A stretch of 54,058 nucleotides of DNA from Candidatus Pacearchaeota archaeon (GCA_042218235.1 JBDGRI010000023.1:1-54058); one strand, 5' to 3'. Positions 34,264 through 43,285 are shown, counted from the first letter of the stretch. The notes: generated from the letters alone by a model not told the origin. Numbers and translations are program-made.

Positions 34264-35124
34264 ATGCAATGGTTATGGCTTGCTTTAGGTGCAGCATTTT
34301 TTTCAGCTTTGGCAAGAGTTTTGATTAAAGTTACAAGGAGCTCTGATAATGAGACGATTGTTTTCTCGAGGTATTTTTATGCATTAATTCCTGCTTTGAT
34401 ATTTTTGATTATTGCGGGTTGGCAGACAGTTCCTCAAGAATTTTATAAGTGGGTCGGACTTGCCGCGTTGTTTGATGTAGGTGCGATAGCTTTTATGACA
34501 CTTTCAGTTAATAATGGGCCTTTTTCACGCTCACTTCCGATGCTTTCGTTTACTCCGATATTTGTTTTATTGACCGGCTTTTTGTTTTTAGGTGAGAAAC
34601 CTTCAGTTTTAGGAGCTTTAGGAATTTTAGTTATTGTCGCTGGAGCTTATTGGTTAAGTTATGGGGACCACCAAGGAATTTTGGGTCCTTTCAAAGCACT
34701 TTATTATGAAAAAGGCCCTCGATATATGTTGTTTACGGCTTTGCTTTTTTCTTTTTTAGGGGTTTTCTGGAAAAAGGCTGTTTTGATTGGCGGTTTACCT
34801 ATGGCAATTTCTTTGGGGACTTTTGTTCCTACTATTTTGGTTGCAGGATTTTTTGCTTTCCGAGGACAATTGAGAGAAATGGTCCCTGACAGGCAGGATT
34901 TTTGGAAGTTGGCTTTGATAGGGATTTCGACTTTCGGAATAATGTTTTTTGTTCTTTCGGCATTTGAGACAGGATTTGTTTCGTATGTTATTTCAATAAA
35001 AAGATTTAGTATAATTTTAGGAGTTGTCGCTGGTGCGGTTTTTTTCAATGAGAAAAAGCCTTTCAGGCACATTGTGGGTTCGTTAATTATGGTTGGTGGA
35101 GCCGTTTTGATTAGTTTGAGTTAG
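34264..35124 (+). CDS. EamA/DMT-family transporter
   Basis: 286 aa with about 10 TM helices in two EamA-like halves. SD GAGGT lies 8 nt upstream. Confidence 0.7.
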   Translation: MQWLWLALGAAFFSALARVLIKVTRSSDNETIVFSRYFYALIPALIFLIIAGWQTVPQEFYKWVGLAALFDVGAIAFMTLSVNNGPFSRSLPMLSFTPIFVLLTGFLFLGEKPSVLGALGILVIVAGAYWLSYGDHQGILGPFKALYYEKGPRYMLFTALLFSFLGVFWKKAVLIGGLPMAISLGTFVPTILVAGFFAFRGQLREMVPDRQDFWKLALIGISTFGIMFFVLSAFETGFVSYVISIKRFSIILGVVAGAVFFNEKKPFRHIVGSLIMVGGAVLISLS

Positions 35125-35135
35125 ATTTTTTAATT
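35118..35135 (+). promoter_or_regulatory. repeated promoter cassette GAGTTAGATTTTTTAATT (copy 1)
   Basis: Part of a perfect 29-nt repeat (35107..35135 = 35391..35419). It lies about 21 nt upstream of the ATG at 35156. Confidence 0.45.
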
Positions 35136-35155
35136 GATTTTTAATTTTTGTAATT

Positions 35156-35398
35156 ATGGATGAATGGGAGAAAAAATATGGAATTCCTTTTGGCCTGCTT
35201 TTTGGAGGAATCTTTTTATGAATAATTTCTCCTACTTTTGGAGAGTACTCTTTATTTGACCCTGTTTCAGGGAGACTTATTGATCTCGAATCTATTAGCT
35301 TTTTGACTGCCTTGTGCATAATTATCGGAACAATCTTCATTGTTGCAGGTTTTTTGGGATTGGACAATCCACGTTTTTTTAGAAAATTCTTTGATTAG
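35156..35398 (+). pseudogene. small two-TM membrane protein ORF with one in-frame TGA (35219..35221)
   Basis: My translation is MDEWEKKYGIPFGLLFGGIFL*IISPTFGEYSLFDPVSGRLIDLESISFLTALCIIIGTIFIVAGFLGLDNPRFFRKFFD*. It reads as one frame of 81 codons, bounded by the repeated promoter cassettes. Confidence 0.35.
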
Positions 35399-35401
35399 TT
35401 T

Positions 35402-35419
35402 GAGTTAGATTTTTTAATT
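35402..35419 (+). promoter_or_regulatory. repeated promoter cassette (copy 2)
   Basis: Identical 18-mer, about 21 nt upstream of the cutA ATG at 35440. Confidence 0.45.
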
Positions 35420-35439
35420 TGTGTTTTTTGCATTAAAAC

Positions 35440-35769
35440 ATGGAACTTAAACTAATTGAAATAATCTGTTCGGATTTGGATGAGGCCAGAAAGATTTGTA
35501 AGCATCTGTTGCAGAAGAAGCTAATTTCTTGTGGGAATTATTTTTATGTGAAGACGATGTCCAATTGGGAAAAAGATGTTGGTGAAGAAGATGAAGTTAT
35601 TTTGCTGGTAAAGACAAGAGAAGAAAATTGGGAGGCTGTCAGGGAAGAAGTGAAAAAAATTCATTCTTATGATGTTCCGTGTATTATAAAGTTAGACGGA
35701 GTTGCTAATGAAAGCTATTTTTCTTGGTTGAAAGACGAGACTGTTTCTGGCGTTTCCCAGAGCAGGTAA
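35440..35769 (+). CDS. cutA: CutA1 divalent-cation tolerance protein
   Basis: 109 aa with KLISCGNY...W......E..LLVKT....W..V...VKKIHSYDVPCII, typical of CutA. Confidence 0.65.
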   Translation: MELKLIEIICSDLDEARKICKHLLQKKLISCGNYFYVKTMSNWEKDVGEEDEVILLVKTREENWEAVREEVKKIHSYDVPCIIKLDGVANESYFSWLKDETVSGVSQSR

Positions 35770-35780
35770 ATGAGAGATTA

Positions 35781-35796
35781 AGTTAGATTTTTTAAT
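35781..35796 (+). promoter_or_regulatory. repeated promoter cassette (copy 3, AGTTAGATTTTTTAAT)
   Basis: About 22 nt upstream of the ATG at 35818. Confidence 0.45.
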
Positions 35797-35817
35797 GCTT
35801 GTTTATTGGATGATTTT

Positions 35818-36423
35818 ATGATAGCTTTGGATATAGAATGTAGTGGCCTTGATTTTAACAAATGCGGGATTTGGCAAATTGGGGCTGTGGATCTAGATAC
35901 GGGTGAAGAGTATTTGGATGAATGTGGAATAGATGATAATGATTTAATTTTAACAACTTCTGAATCTAAAAGGAACATATTTGATGTAATTGGAAGAACT
36001 GAAGAGCAATTAAGAGATAAAAATAAGAAATCCCAAAAAGAGATGATTGAGCAGTTTTTCGACTGGGTTTCAAAAAGAGAAAAAGATATTTTCTTATGTA
36101 TGAATCCGCAATTTGACCTTGGATATATTTGGGCTAAGGCTAGAAAATATGGTTTTCATATAGGAATTCAATTTAGGGCATTTGATTTGCACACCGTTGC
36201 TCAAATGAGACATTTAGAAACTAATAAAGAATTCAGTTTTTCTGAAGGCAAATCTAAATTAAGCCTTAGAAGAATCTGTGAATTTTGTGGATTGGATTAT
36301 CCCGGAAACCACCAAGGATTGGAAGACGCTAAATTAACCGGAGAGTGCTTTTATAGACTAGTTTATGGAGAGAGTTATTTTGAGGATTTTAAAGAACAAA
36401 AGATTCCGAGATATTTGAGTTAG
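35818..36423 (+). CDS. DEDDh 3'-5' exonuclease (DnaQ-like)
   Basis: The track ORF starts at TTG 35806, but ATG 35818 fits the promoter spacing. Motifs are ALDIECSGLD (ExoI), NPQFDLGYI (ExoII) and HQGLEDAKL (ExoIII, H-x4-D). Confidence 0.7.
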   Translation: MIALDIECSGLDFNKCGIWQIGAVDLDTGEEYLDECGIDDNDLILTTSESKRNIFDVIGRTEEQLRDKNKKSQKEMIEQFFDWVSKREKDIFLCMNPQFDLGYIWAKARKYGFHIGIQFRAFDLHTVAQMRHLETNKEFSFSEGKSKLSLRRICEFCGLDYPGNHQGLEDAKLTGECFYRLVYGESYFEDFKEQKIPRYLS

Positions 36424-36434
36424 ATTTAATAATT
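36417..36434 (+). promoter_or_regulatory. repeated promoter cassette (copy 4, GAGTTAGATTTAATAATT)
   Basis: About 21 nt upstream of the ATG at 36455. Confidence 0.4.
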
Positions 36435-36454
36435 CTGTTTGCTTATTTTCTAAA

Positions 36455-36715
36455 ATGGCAAAAATCAAAAAGAAAACTAGTCCCGATTTGTTTCAAAGAG
36501 TTTTGGAAGGAAAAAAGAATGTTGATTTGAGGTTGGCCGATTTTGATTTGGCCGAGGGAGATACTTTGATCCTTGAAGAGTATGACCCTGAGAAAGGTTA
36601 TACTGGAAGAGCTTTGGAAAAGAAAGTGAAGAACTTGAATAAAGTTAATTTAACGGACTTTCATAGTTGTGAAGAAATTTCTGAAAAGGGGCATGGGGTT
36701 ATTGAATTCGATTAA
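36455..36715 (+). CDS. ASCH/DUF3850-like small protein
   Basis: 86 aa with LFQRVLEGKKNVDLRLADFDLAEGDTLILEEYD. Confidence 0.5.
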   Translation: MAKIKKKTSPDLFQRVLEGKKNVDLRLADFDLAEGDTLILEEYDPEKGYTGRALEKKVKNLNKVNLTDFHSCEEISEKGHGVIEFD

Positions 36716-36794
36716 ATTACAATAGTGCTGTAATTGCTGTTTACATCCTTGAAATGAGCGATTAATTTAAGAAATTCTTTAGTTTTCAAGTTTT

Positions 36795-37190
36795 ATGGAA
36801 AGGCGTGAAGTTGTGAATATCGTTTTTTATGATGAGGATAAGAGAATTCTTTTAGAGCAAAGGTCTGAAAATCCGGAGCAAGATGAAGAATGGTCGTTTT
36901 TTGCTGAAGATATTGAAGAAGATTCTCCTGAAGAGAGATTGAAAAAAATGGTAAGGCGCAACTTTAGTTATCAATTAGAAGATTTTGAGTACTTGGGTGA
37001 GGTTGATAGCAATTTTGATTTTTATGACAAGAGGCATGTTTTTGCTTCGTCTTTGACCGACAAGTTGACAGGTTTTATTCCGCATCCTGAAGTTACTATG
37101 GATTTGTTTACAGTAGAAGAAGCCAAAAATTTGGACATGTTGCAAGGAGACAAGGAAGTTTTGGATATGGTTAAGGATTATTTGGATTAA
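36795..37190 (+). CDS. hypothetical protein, possibly a degenerate Nudix fold
   Basis: 131 aa. The N-terminal VNIVFYDEDKRILLEQR resembles a Nudix beta-strand, but no intact Nudix box is present. Confidence 0.3.
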   Translation: MERREVVNIVFYDEDKRILLEQRSENPEQDEEWSFFAEDIEEDSPEERLKKMVRRNFSYQLEDFEYLGEVDSNFDFYDKRHVFASSLTDKLTGFIPHPEVTMDLFTVEEAKNLDMLQGDKEVLDMVKDYLD

Positions 37191-37774
37191 TTTTTATATT
37201 TTGCAATTTCATCCATTAACCCAGTAAATTTCATTAAGTTTTGCACTCCGCTTTCCTTAGGACTAAGGATAGAAACTATGTTTTTTGGATACTGGCTAAA
37301 ATAGTCGCGTCCGGAATCGAAAAGGGGCTTATACATAAAGCTAATAATTCCCTGACTCTCAATTTTATATGTCTCCGCCATATAATCATTCCTGTCTTCA
37401 TTTGTCATTAAGGGAGAAACATCTCCTACAAAACCAATATCGTATTTATCAGGATTTCGAACTATATAGTCATAAAGGTTGTCCAAACTCTCTTTGTTTA
37501 AACTCCAGGAATCATTGGAAAAATGCCTAAGAGAATCTTTAAAATAGTTCCTGCCAGCAGAATAAAAGATTTCTCCAAACCACATCGGATTTTGGTTGGT
37601 TGTTTCATAAACTACTCTGCTTTTATGGTCTATATCGAATTTTTTCATAAACTCATGGCTGTTTTGAGGCATTTTTAAAATTAACGCAAAGAACAAATCA
37701 CTCAAAAGAATAATCAGAAAACAACGCAAAATCTCCAAAGATACGTGGAACATCCCCCAATCTATGTAGGACAA
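37187..37774 (-). CDS. hypothetical protein
   Basis: The 195-aa ORF overlaps the upstream ORF by 77 nt, so the internal ATG at 37672 (MPQNSHEF) may be the true start. Confidence 0.45.
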   Translation of the reverse strand: MSYIDWGMFHVSLEILRCFLIILLSDLFFALILKMPQNSHEFMKKFDIDHKSRVVYETTNQNPMWFGEIFYSAGRNYFKDSLRHFSNDSWSLNKESLDNLYDYIVRNPDKYDIGFVGDVSPLMTNEDRNDYMAETYKIESQGIISFMYKPLFDSGRDYFSQYPKNIVSILSPKESGVQNLMKFTGLMDEIAKYKN

Positions 37775-38216
37775 CAGGACCGTCCCTTTCCCACTTCGAT
37801 TTTACAAATCCAGAACCCTGGTATACCCCCAAATGTTCTAGTTCTTTTTTATTATTAAGGTATGCCACACTATCTCCCTCTACTGGTGATCCATCATGTC
37901 GATAAATTCCTGGTACCATTTCAACCGCTCTTGTATTGCCCATGGGTTTGTGAGAAAGGTAGCTGGGGCTTGCATTATTTTTTAGTATCTCGATCCCATA
38001 TGGATTATTAAAGTTGGATTTTCTACTTGAGAGGTACCCCCTAAAAGTCCTTTCTATGGACTTTCTTCTACCATGATTATTAAGGTTTATGGGAGTTTGA
38101 GACAGTTGCTCAAGATCCAAGCTCCTGAATTCTTTGTCCTGGTAGATCTCTAATTGTAACTCTGGATCAATAATTTGGAAAATATTCATTAACTTTGACT
38201 GTAAACTGTTTTTCAT
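37698..38216 (-). CDS. hypothetical protein
   Basis: 172-aa ORF. Confidence 0.45.
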   Translation of the reverse strand: MKNSLQSKLMNIFQIIDPELQLEIYQDKEFRSLDLEQLSQTPINLNNHGRRKSIERTFRGYLSSRKSNFNNPYGIEILKNNASPSYLSHKPMGNTRAVEMVPGIYRHDGSPVEGDSVAYLNNKKELEHLGVYQGSGFVKSKWERDGPVVLHRLGDVPRIFGDFALFSDYSFE

Positions 38217-38315
38217 TGGCTCGTAATTTATTCTGTTATTTTTTTTAAAGTTTATTCCATAAATGTTCTACCAAATCCCAACAAAGTTTAAAATTGTAGT
38301 TTTCGGAGATGGAAT

Positions 38316-39155
38316 ATGTACAATAAATTTCTGGTAGTAGCGAGTAAGAATGATCCTGCGGCTGTGAATATTTGTAGTCAGCTCAATCAGTTCAGGAGAA
38401 ATCCTTTTTTGACAGGTATGTCTCCTGAGGCAAGAGGCTTTGATTTCTACTTAATAGATGATGATGTTTTGCATGAAGAGAATTTGGATATGGGTAAGAT
38501 TGAGAAGTATGATTTTGTTGTTTTTGCTTCTAAGCACGAATCTACAGATAAGGAGAAGGCCTTGACAGTTCATACTCCGGGAAATCCTAGAGAGGAAGAG
38601 CCGATTGCTGGCGGTAAGAGAGGGAAGATTTCGAGAGGTTCGGGAGTTTTTTTGAAGCAGATTTACAATAATTTAAGGAATTTGGCTTATGAGCATCACT
38701 TGTCTAAAGATTATAAAGTTACCATGGAGGCTACGCATCACGGGCCTTTGATAGATAAGCCATGTATTTTTATTGAAATTGGAGCTACAAAGCGAGAATG
38801 GGAAGATAAAAGAGCAGGTTTTGTTTTGGCTAAGACAATTTCGAGAACTGTAGAGAATTTTGAGTTTAATCCTTACAATGAAGTTGCTGTAGGAATTGGA
38901 GGGCCTCATTATTGTCCCGGATTTAACAAATTGCAGAGAGAATCTAATGTTGCTATTTCACATGTAATTCCAAAATACTGCCTACCTGTAAGCGAGGAGA
39001 TCATCAAAGAAGCTTGGAACAAAACAGAAGAAGATCCAGAGTTTGTAGTTTTAGACTGGAAAGGCCTTGGGCCTAAAGAACAAAGAGACGAAATTATTGA
39101 AATTCTAGAAAGAAATTATATTCCTTGGAAAAAGCGTAATGAGATAAGGCGTTAG
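38316..39155 (+). CDS. dtdA: archaeal-type D-aminoacyl-tRNA deacylase (DtdA/DTD2)
   Basis: 279 aa with LTVHTPGN, EATHHGP and GIGGPHYCP motifs. Confidence 0.7.
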   Translation: MYNKFLVVASKNDPAAVNICSQLNQFRRNPFLTGMSPEARGFDFYLIDDDVLHEENLDMGKIEKYDFVVFASKHESTDKEKALTVHTPGNPREEEPIAGGKRGKISRGSGVFLKQIYNNLRNLAYEHHLSKDYKVTMEATHHGPLIDKPCIFIEIGATKREWEDKRAGFVLAKTISRTVENFEFNPYNEVAVGIGGPHYCPGFNKLQRESNVAISHVIPKYCLPVSEEIIKEAWNKTEEDPEFVVLDWKGLGPKEQRDEIIEILERNYIPWKKRNEIRR

Positions 39156-39279
39156 GTGTAATGTGACTTAATAAGAGTTCTATCTTGAAGGATTTTTGAA
39201 GTATAATCAAGAATTAATAAGTCCTTGCGATTCACGTGAAAACCCTGTTATCTGATGACTAATTTAGGACCTACAAAAA

Positions 39280-39453
39280 TTACCGAGCATTCAAACGGCT
39301 AAAGAAACCTGAGAAGAAAGAGGCTATCGCTACTGCAATTAAGGCCCATTTTAACTCACTAGTTTGTATTACCAAAGATACTAAGTAAGTTATTCCTGTT
39401 CCGATTACTACAGATATTAAACCGCTAATTAAAGGCTCTTTTAAACTTGCCAT
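39280..39453 (-). CDS. small two-TM membrane protein (not in the ORF track, 57 aa)
   Basis: My translation is MASLKEPLISGLISVVIGTGITYLVSLVIQTSELKWALIAVAIASFFSGFFSRLNAR. It lies just downstream of the bPH membrane protein gene. Confidence 0.3.
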   Translation of the reverse strand: MASLKEPLISGLISVVIGTGITYLVSLVIQTSELKWALIAVAIASFFSGFFSRLNAR

Positions 39454-39485
39454 AAAAAATCATGCCTTCCGAAATTTAAAAAATT

Positions 39486-41810
39486 TTACCTTTTCTCGTA
39501 CATTTCCTTTAACTTCTTATCAAAATCCCTGTATTTAGAGATGTTTTTTATTGTTAGTTCGGGTTTACTGCTACCTGCCGTATTTATTGTTATGGTTCCG
39601 TTTTTGAAAGTTTTGTTTAGGAAGCTTGTATAAGTATTCAAGTAGTCAATTTTGTCAAAAATTATGGATTTTTGGGATTTGAAGATTATCCCTTCTCTGG
39701 AAATAGTTCTATTGCTTTCTATGTAGTATCTCTTTTTCTTAACGTACCAGATTACGAAAGGGGCAATTAAGAGAAGCGGGAATATAATTATGAAAGGTAT
39801 AGCTATACCTGCTACAGTATTTGATACATCTTGTTTTGCTTTAATCAATGGTTCTTCGGTTTCTGAATTTCTGAGTTTCTCTTCTTTTTCTTTAATTTTA
39901 TTTTCAGACGGCTTTTTCTCGAGTATATAGTCTACAAGATTGTCTTTAATCTCTATTTCGTTTATGTATGGTACTGAAAAACTGTTAGAAACTGCTGCTT
40001 GCTGACCTTGTTGTTGGTTTCCTACTACTTGTTCGCCTGCCACATTGAAAGTTACCTCGCCTCTACTACTAGCAGGATACTCCAATATGGTTATGTCCTT
40101 GACATTCTCGTAGGTTGTATAGTAGGTTCTTTGGAAAATTATTCCGTATTTGTGCTTTATAGCATTAGAATAAAGTTTACAATAAGACCTGGCGTAGACT
40201 CTTGTTCGATGTATCAAGATTCCCATCAGGCCTAAAACGCTTAAAACCGGAACCAGCCAAAGCAATCCGGACAGGTAAGTAAAGTATATAGCAGCTGCAT
40301 TGAAAATCGTCAGGAAAACCATCCAATAAAGGTTTGCTTTGAAAAATTCTGGAACTTTGAATGAGGGGTTCATTTCGTAAACTTCTTTTTTAGGCTCTAC
40401 TCCTGCCTTTTGAGTTGCTAATTTGTGAATATTTTTGTCTTTATTTATGTACTTAAATTGAATGTTTTTTGAAGCCCCTATAGACCAGAAAGTTATAGAA
40501 CAAGTTCCCAGCCATTTGTCAACTATGTTTTCGTGAATTATGACTCCCGTAAGCTTGTCTTTTGTAAATTCTCTTTTCTTCGAAGAAATGAATTCGAAAT
40601 TTTCTTCTACTCCGTTTTTCTTTATCTTGTACTTTGTAGCAAATGCTTCTACTAGCTTCCCCCCTATTAATAAAACAAAAATAAACATTAGAGGGAGGAA
40701 AATTAAGAATAATGGCATCAAAATCAAAAGTGGCAGTATGCTTCTAAGAGTGTTAATTTCATAGCCCTTTTCCTCATTTGAAGAACTTTCTTTAGTGCTC
40801 TCTTGTTGTTTTTTGGAGGTTTTCTGGGTTTTTACATTAGAAGAGTGTTTTTCGATTAGCTTGTCTATGCTGGATTGAAGCTTCTTTCCATTTTTCATGT
40901 TTTTGAAGTAAATGTTCCTTCCGTTACCTTGGGAACTTAGGACTACATCATAGACTTTGATTATTCTTTCAACCAGGTTTTGGGTTATAGAGGCGTCTGC
41001 TAAGTTTTGTATTGGCATAAAGGCATTGTCTCGTGTCAGGAATCCTTCTTCGTAATAAACAATGTCTTCATAAACATGATAACGACGTTTTATAAGTTCC
41101 AAAAATCTGAATACTCCTATAACTAGTACTACCGTTAAAACTGACCCGGCAATTGTTAAGGCAATTTGAGTTTGCTCTTCAAAGAATACAAAGATTCCGG
41201 AAACAAAACTTGAAACCAAAAGCAGTGTAGAAAACAAGCCTACAAAAAATTCTCTAATTATCTCTGCAGTGACGCCTAACTTGTCGGGTTTTTCACTATG
41301 TATTTTATTACTTTTATCTAAAGAAAATCCGTTATTTTTCATTAGGCCTTCTGTTTTGCTGTATAACTTGAAAGGCTTTTCTAGAGCGTTAAAGTCAAGA
41401 TAAGAAGTTCCGCTACCTGCCGATTCTACAATTATCTGGCCTGTTCCGAAAATTTTGTATTTTAAGAAAGGTAACCTGCAGATTACATTAGTGATGTTTT
41501 TTATGACAAGTTCGTATTCAGTATCAGAAATTAGGTTTCCTGCCTTTTTTATCAATTTGTCTTTGTATATGAAATATTTTTCTTTTTTGTATTTAGCAAA
41601 CCTGTTAGGAATCAGTATTGCCGTTATTATTGTTGCCAGAATAATTGCGTGAGAGATTCGAATTTTGGTAAATAATGAAATGTACTGTTCAGTTAGTTGG
41701 ATTGCTGTAAACAGTGTCCCTATAATTAGAAAAGTTATTAAAATTTCTTTAACTAATCCATACCAAAGAAATACTTTTTTGTTTGGTTTTAACTCCTTTA
41801 TTTTTTCCAT
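39486..41810 (-). CDS. large membrane protein with repeated bPH (YdbS/YdbT-like) modules
   Basis: 774 aa. Pairs of TM helices are each followed by a roughly 80-100 aa soluble module, repeated 3-4 times as in YdbT. Confidence 0.5.
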   Translation of the reverse strand: MEKIKELKPNKKVFLWYGLVKEILITFLIIGTLFTAIQLTEQYISLFTKIRISHAIILATIITAILIPNRFAKYKKEKYFIYKDKLIKKAGNLISDTEYELVIKNITNVICRLPFLKYKIFGTGQIIVESAGSGTSYLDFNALEKPFKLYSKTEGLMKNNGFSLDKSNKIHSEKPDKLGVTAEIIREFFVGLFSTLLLVSSFVSGIFVFFEEQTQIALTIAGSVLTVVLVIGVFRFLELIKRRYHVYEDIVYYEEGFLTRDNAFMPIQNLADASITQNLVERIIKVYDVVLSSQGNGRNIYFKNMKNGKKLQSSIDKLIEKHSSNVKTQKTSKKQQESTKESSSNEEKGYEINTLRSILPLLILMPLFLIFLPLMFIFVLLIGGKLVEAFATKYKIKKNGVEENFEFISSKKREFTKDKLTGVIIHENIVDKWLGTCSITFWSIGASKNIQFKYINKDKNIHKLATQKAGVEPKKEVYEMNPSFKVPEFFKANLYWMVFLTIFNAAAIYFTYLSGLLWLVPVLSVLGLMGILIHRTRVYARSYCKLYSNAIKHKYGIIFQRTYYTTYENVKDITILEYPASSRGEVTFNVAGEQVVGNQQQGQQAAVSNSFSVPYINEIEIKDNLVDYILEKKPSENKIKEKEEKLRNSETEEPLIKAKQDVSNTVAGIAIPFIIIFPLLLIAPFVIWYVKKKRYYIESNRTISREGIIFKSQKSIIFDKIDYLNTYTSFLNKTFKNGTITINTAGSSKPELTIKNISKYRDFDKKLKEMYEKR

Positions 41811-41905
41811 GTAATCGTATTAACTGAGCTTCTTTAAGAGTTTTTTTCTCTTTACATTTCAAAATCATAACATTAAATATTTAACCGAAATTAGTTTATC
41901 GTATT

Positions 41906-42430
41906 ATGGTTTATTTATACCATAGAGTTCCGGAAAACATGAAAGGAAAAACTCTTTATCCTTTGAATCATTTGAAGTCAAATTATCCTAAGGCATATAG
42001 AGAAAATCTTGAAAAGTATAAGCATAGAAAACATGTTTTGGAAAAAGAGATACCGACTTTAAATTGTAAGTTGGTTGATGCAATTCACTTGGTTCCCGTT
42101 TATCCTTCTAAAATATCGAAAGCCTTGAAAGAAGCTGGCAAAGAAGTATAAAAATTCCGTTGGTATAAAATTCCCGCTAGTTTGTTGGACCAAGAGAAAA
42201 GTACGATTTATCTTTTTAAGTACAAAGAAGATCCGTCAAATTTTACTAGTAAAGATCAATTTACAAAATTCAAGTTTTCTAAAGTTAATAAATACAAAAA
42301 GGTACCAGAATTAACCAAAAAGTACTATAAGAAAGAAATAGAGGCAGGTAGAGATCCTTTGCTATTTATGTTCATTCCTCATGTGTTTTACAAAGGAAAA
42401 ATAGATGTTTCTAATTGTGAAGTAATATAG
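41906..42430 (+). pseudogene. conserved hypothetical protein interrupted by one in-frame TAA (42149..42151)
   Basis: ORFs 41906..42151 and 42182..42430 share a frame. No other stop occurs in between (reads ...KEAGKEV*KFRWYKIPASLLDQEK...). Confidence 0.5.
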
Positions 42431-42572
42431 GCGTAGTTTCTCGAAAATTTAGAGCAATCCTAAATAGATTCAACAGGATAATAGGACTTCGAAACATCCA
42501 TCGAAAATCCGAAGACAATCTTTTCTCTGCTAATCATTTGTTTATAAGAGATTATTTGAACCTATGATTTTT

Positions 42573-42971
42573 CTAGAATTGTCTAAAAACTCTAATTAAA
42601 CTTTTTTCTACAGGGTCTTTTATCCTTTTGAGTTCATCTTTGGTCATCCAATAATAATTTTTTATATCGCTTTCAGGTTTTTTGTCAATTTCGGAATTTT
42701 CGTTTTCAGGCTCACAAAGGAAAGTGTTGCAGACCGATTTAACTCCTTCTTCAGGATAGTACCACCACATTGCCATTGGTTCAACGATTCTTATGTTTAG
42801 AGATAGTTCTTCTTTTACTTTTCTTATAAGAGCATCATAAGGGCCTTCGTCTTTTTCTACTCTGTCTCCAGGCAAATCTATTAGATTTTGGCCGTTGAAT
42901 TCTTTTTCAATTACCAGATATTCTTCACCTTTCCTTATGAGCCCTTTTGATTCGGATTGTACTTTTTCCAT
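42573..42971 (-). CDS. NUDIX hydrolase
   Basis: Nudix box PGDRVEKDEGPYDALIRKVKEELSL. Confidence 0.7.
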   Translation of the reverse strand: MEKVQSESKGLIRKGEEYLVIEKEFNGQNLIDLPGDRVEKDEGPYDALIRKVKEELSLNIRIVEPMAMWWYYPEEGVKSVCNTFLCEPENENSEIDKKPESDIKNYYWMTKDELKRIKDPVEKSLIRVFRQF

Positions 42972-43131
42972 TCTATGGAAACGCTGTTTCCCTAAGATCG
43001 TCTTTCCTCACATAAGATGACCGGGAATTGTTTAATTTACATGGGTACTGTGAAAGGGAATTTTAAATATTTGTTGATATACAGAAATTACATAACATTT
43101 TTAAGCAAAAGTTATTCCTTATCTTTATGGT

Positions 43132-43285
43132 GCCCAGATGGCAGGCAAAAAATCAAAAAGATTTTTAGCTATTGCGTATTTTTTCGCAAGGCTCAAAAAT
43201 CCACAATAGAGCTTGAAACAAGTTTCACTCGCATTGCGCTTTTCCAAAAAAGAAGTGGAAAATCACAATAGAGCGGTTACATTAT
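43132..43285 (+). repeat. stable-RNA-associated mini-element, copy B (13-nt tRNA-Ser 5' copy + element + spacer)
   Basis: GCCCAGATGGCAG (43132..43144) is identical to tRNA-Ser positions 1-13. It is followed by GCAAAAAATCAAAAAGATTTTTAGCTATTGCGTATTTTTTCGCAAGGCTCAAAAATCCACAATAGAG and a second half-unit ending AAAATCACAATAGAG (43273). Confidence 0.7.

Noticed and set aside
34127-34315. 62-aa minus-strand ORF in the EamA upstream region
   Set aside because: It overlaps the EamA start and the riboswitch-like patch, and it has no promoter or SD. It is likely non-coding.
35219-35221. In-frame TGA as selenocysteine, or a reassigned genetic code
   Set aside because: TGA, TAA and TAG all terminate well-supported genes here (for example TGA at 722..724). 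Long housekeeping ORFs are intact under the standard code. No SECIS-like hairpin or sel genes were seen.
35083-35367. 94-aa minus-strand ORF
   Set aside because: It is antisense to the promoter cassette and to the plus-strand small TM ORF. It is basic and low-complexity, with no start context.
35107-36434. Possible CRISPR array (repeated 18-29-nt motif) and, similarly, the SRP 3'-end repeats at 8511..8835
   Set aside because: There are only 3-4 copies, the spacing is irregular (roughly 70-640 nt), and the intervals are occupied by genes. The repeats are AT-rich and promoter-like, and no cas genes are present.
39250-39315. Possible box C/D sRNA (CUGAUGA at 39252, CUGA about 55 nt later)
   Set aside because: It has no C'/D' boxes and no terminal pairing to form a kink-turn. 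It also overlaps a plausible small membrane ORF on the other strand.
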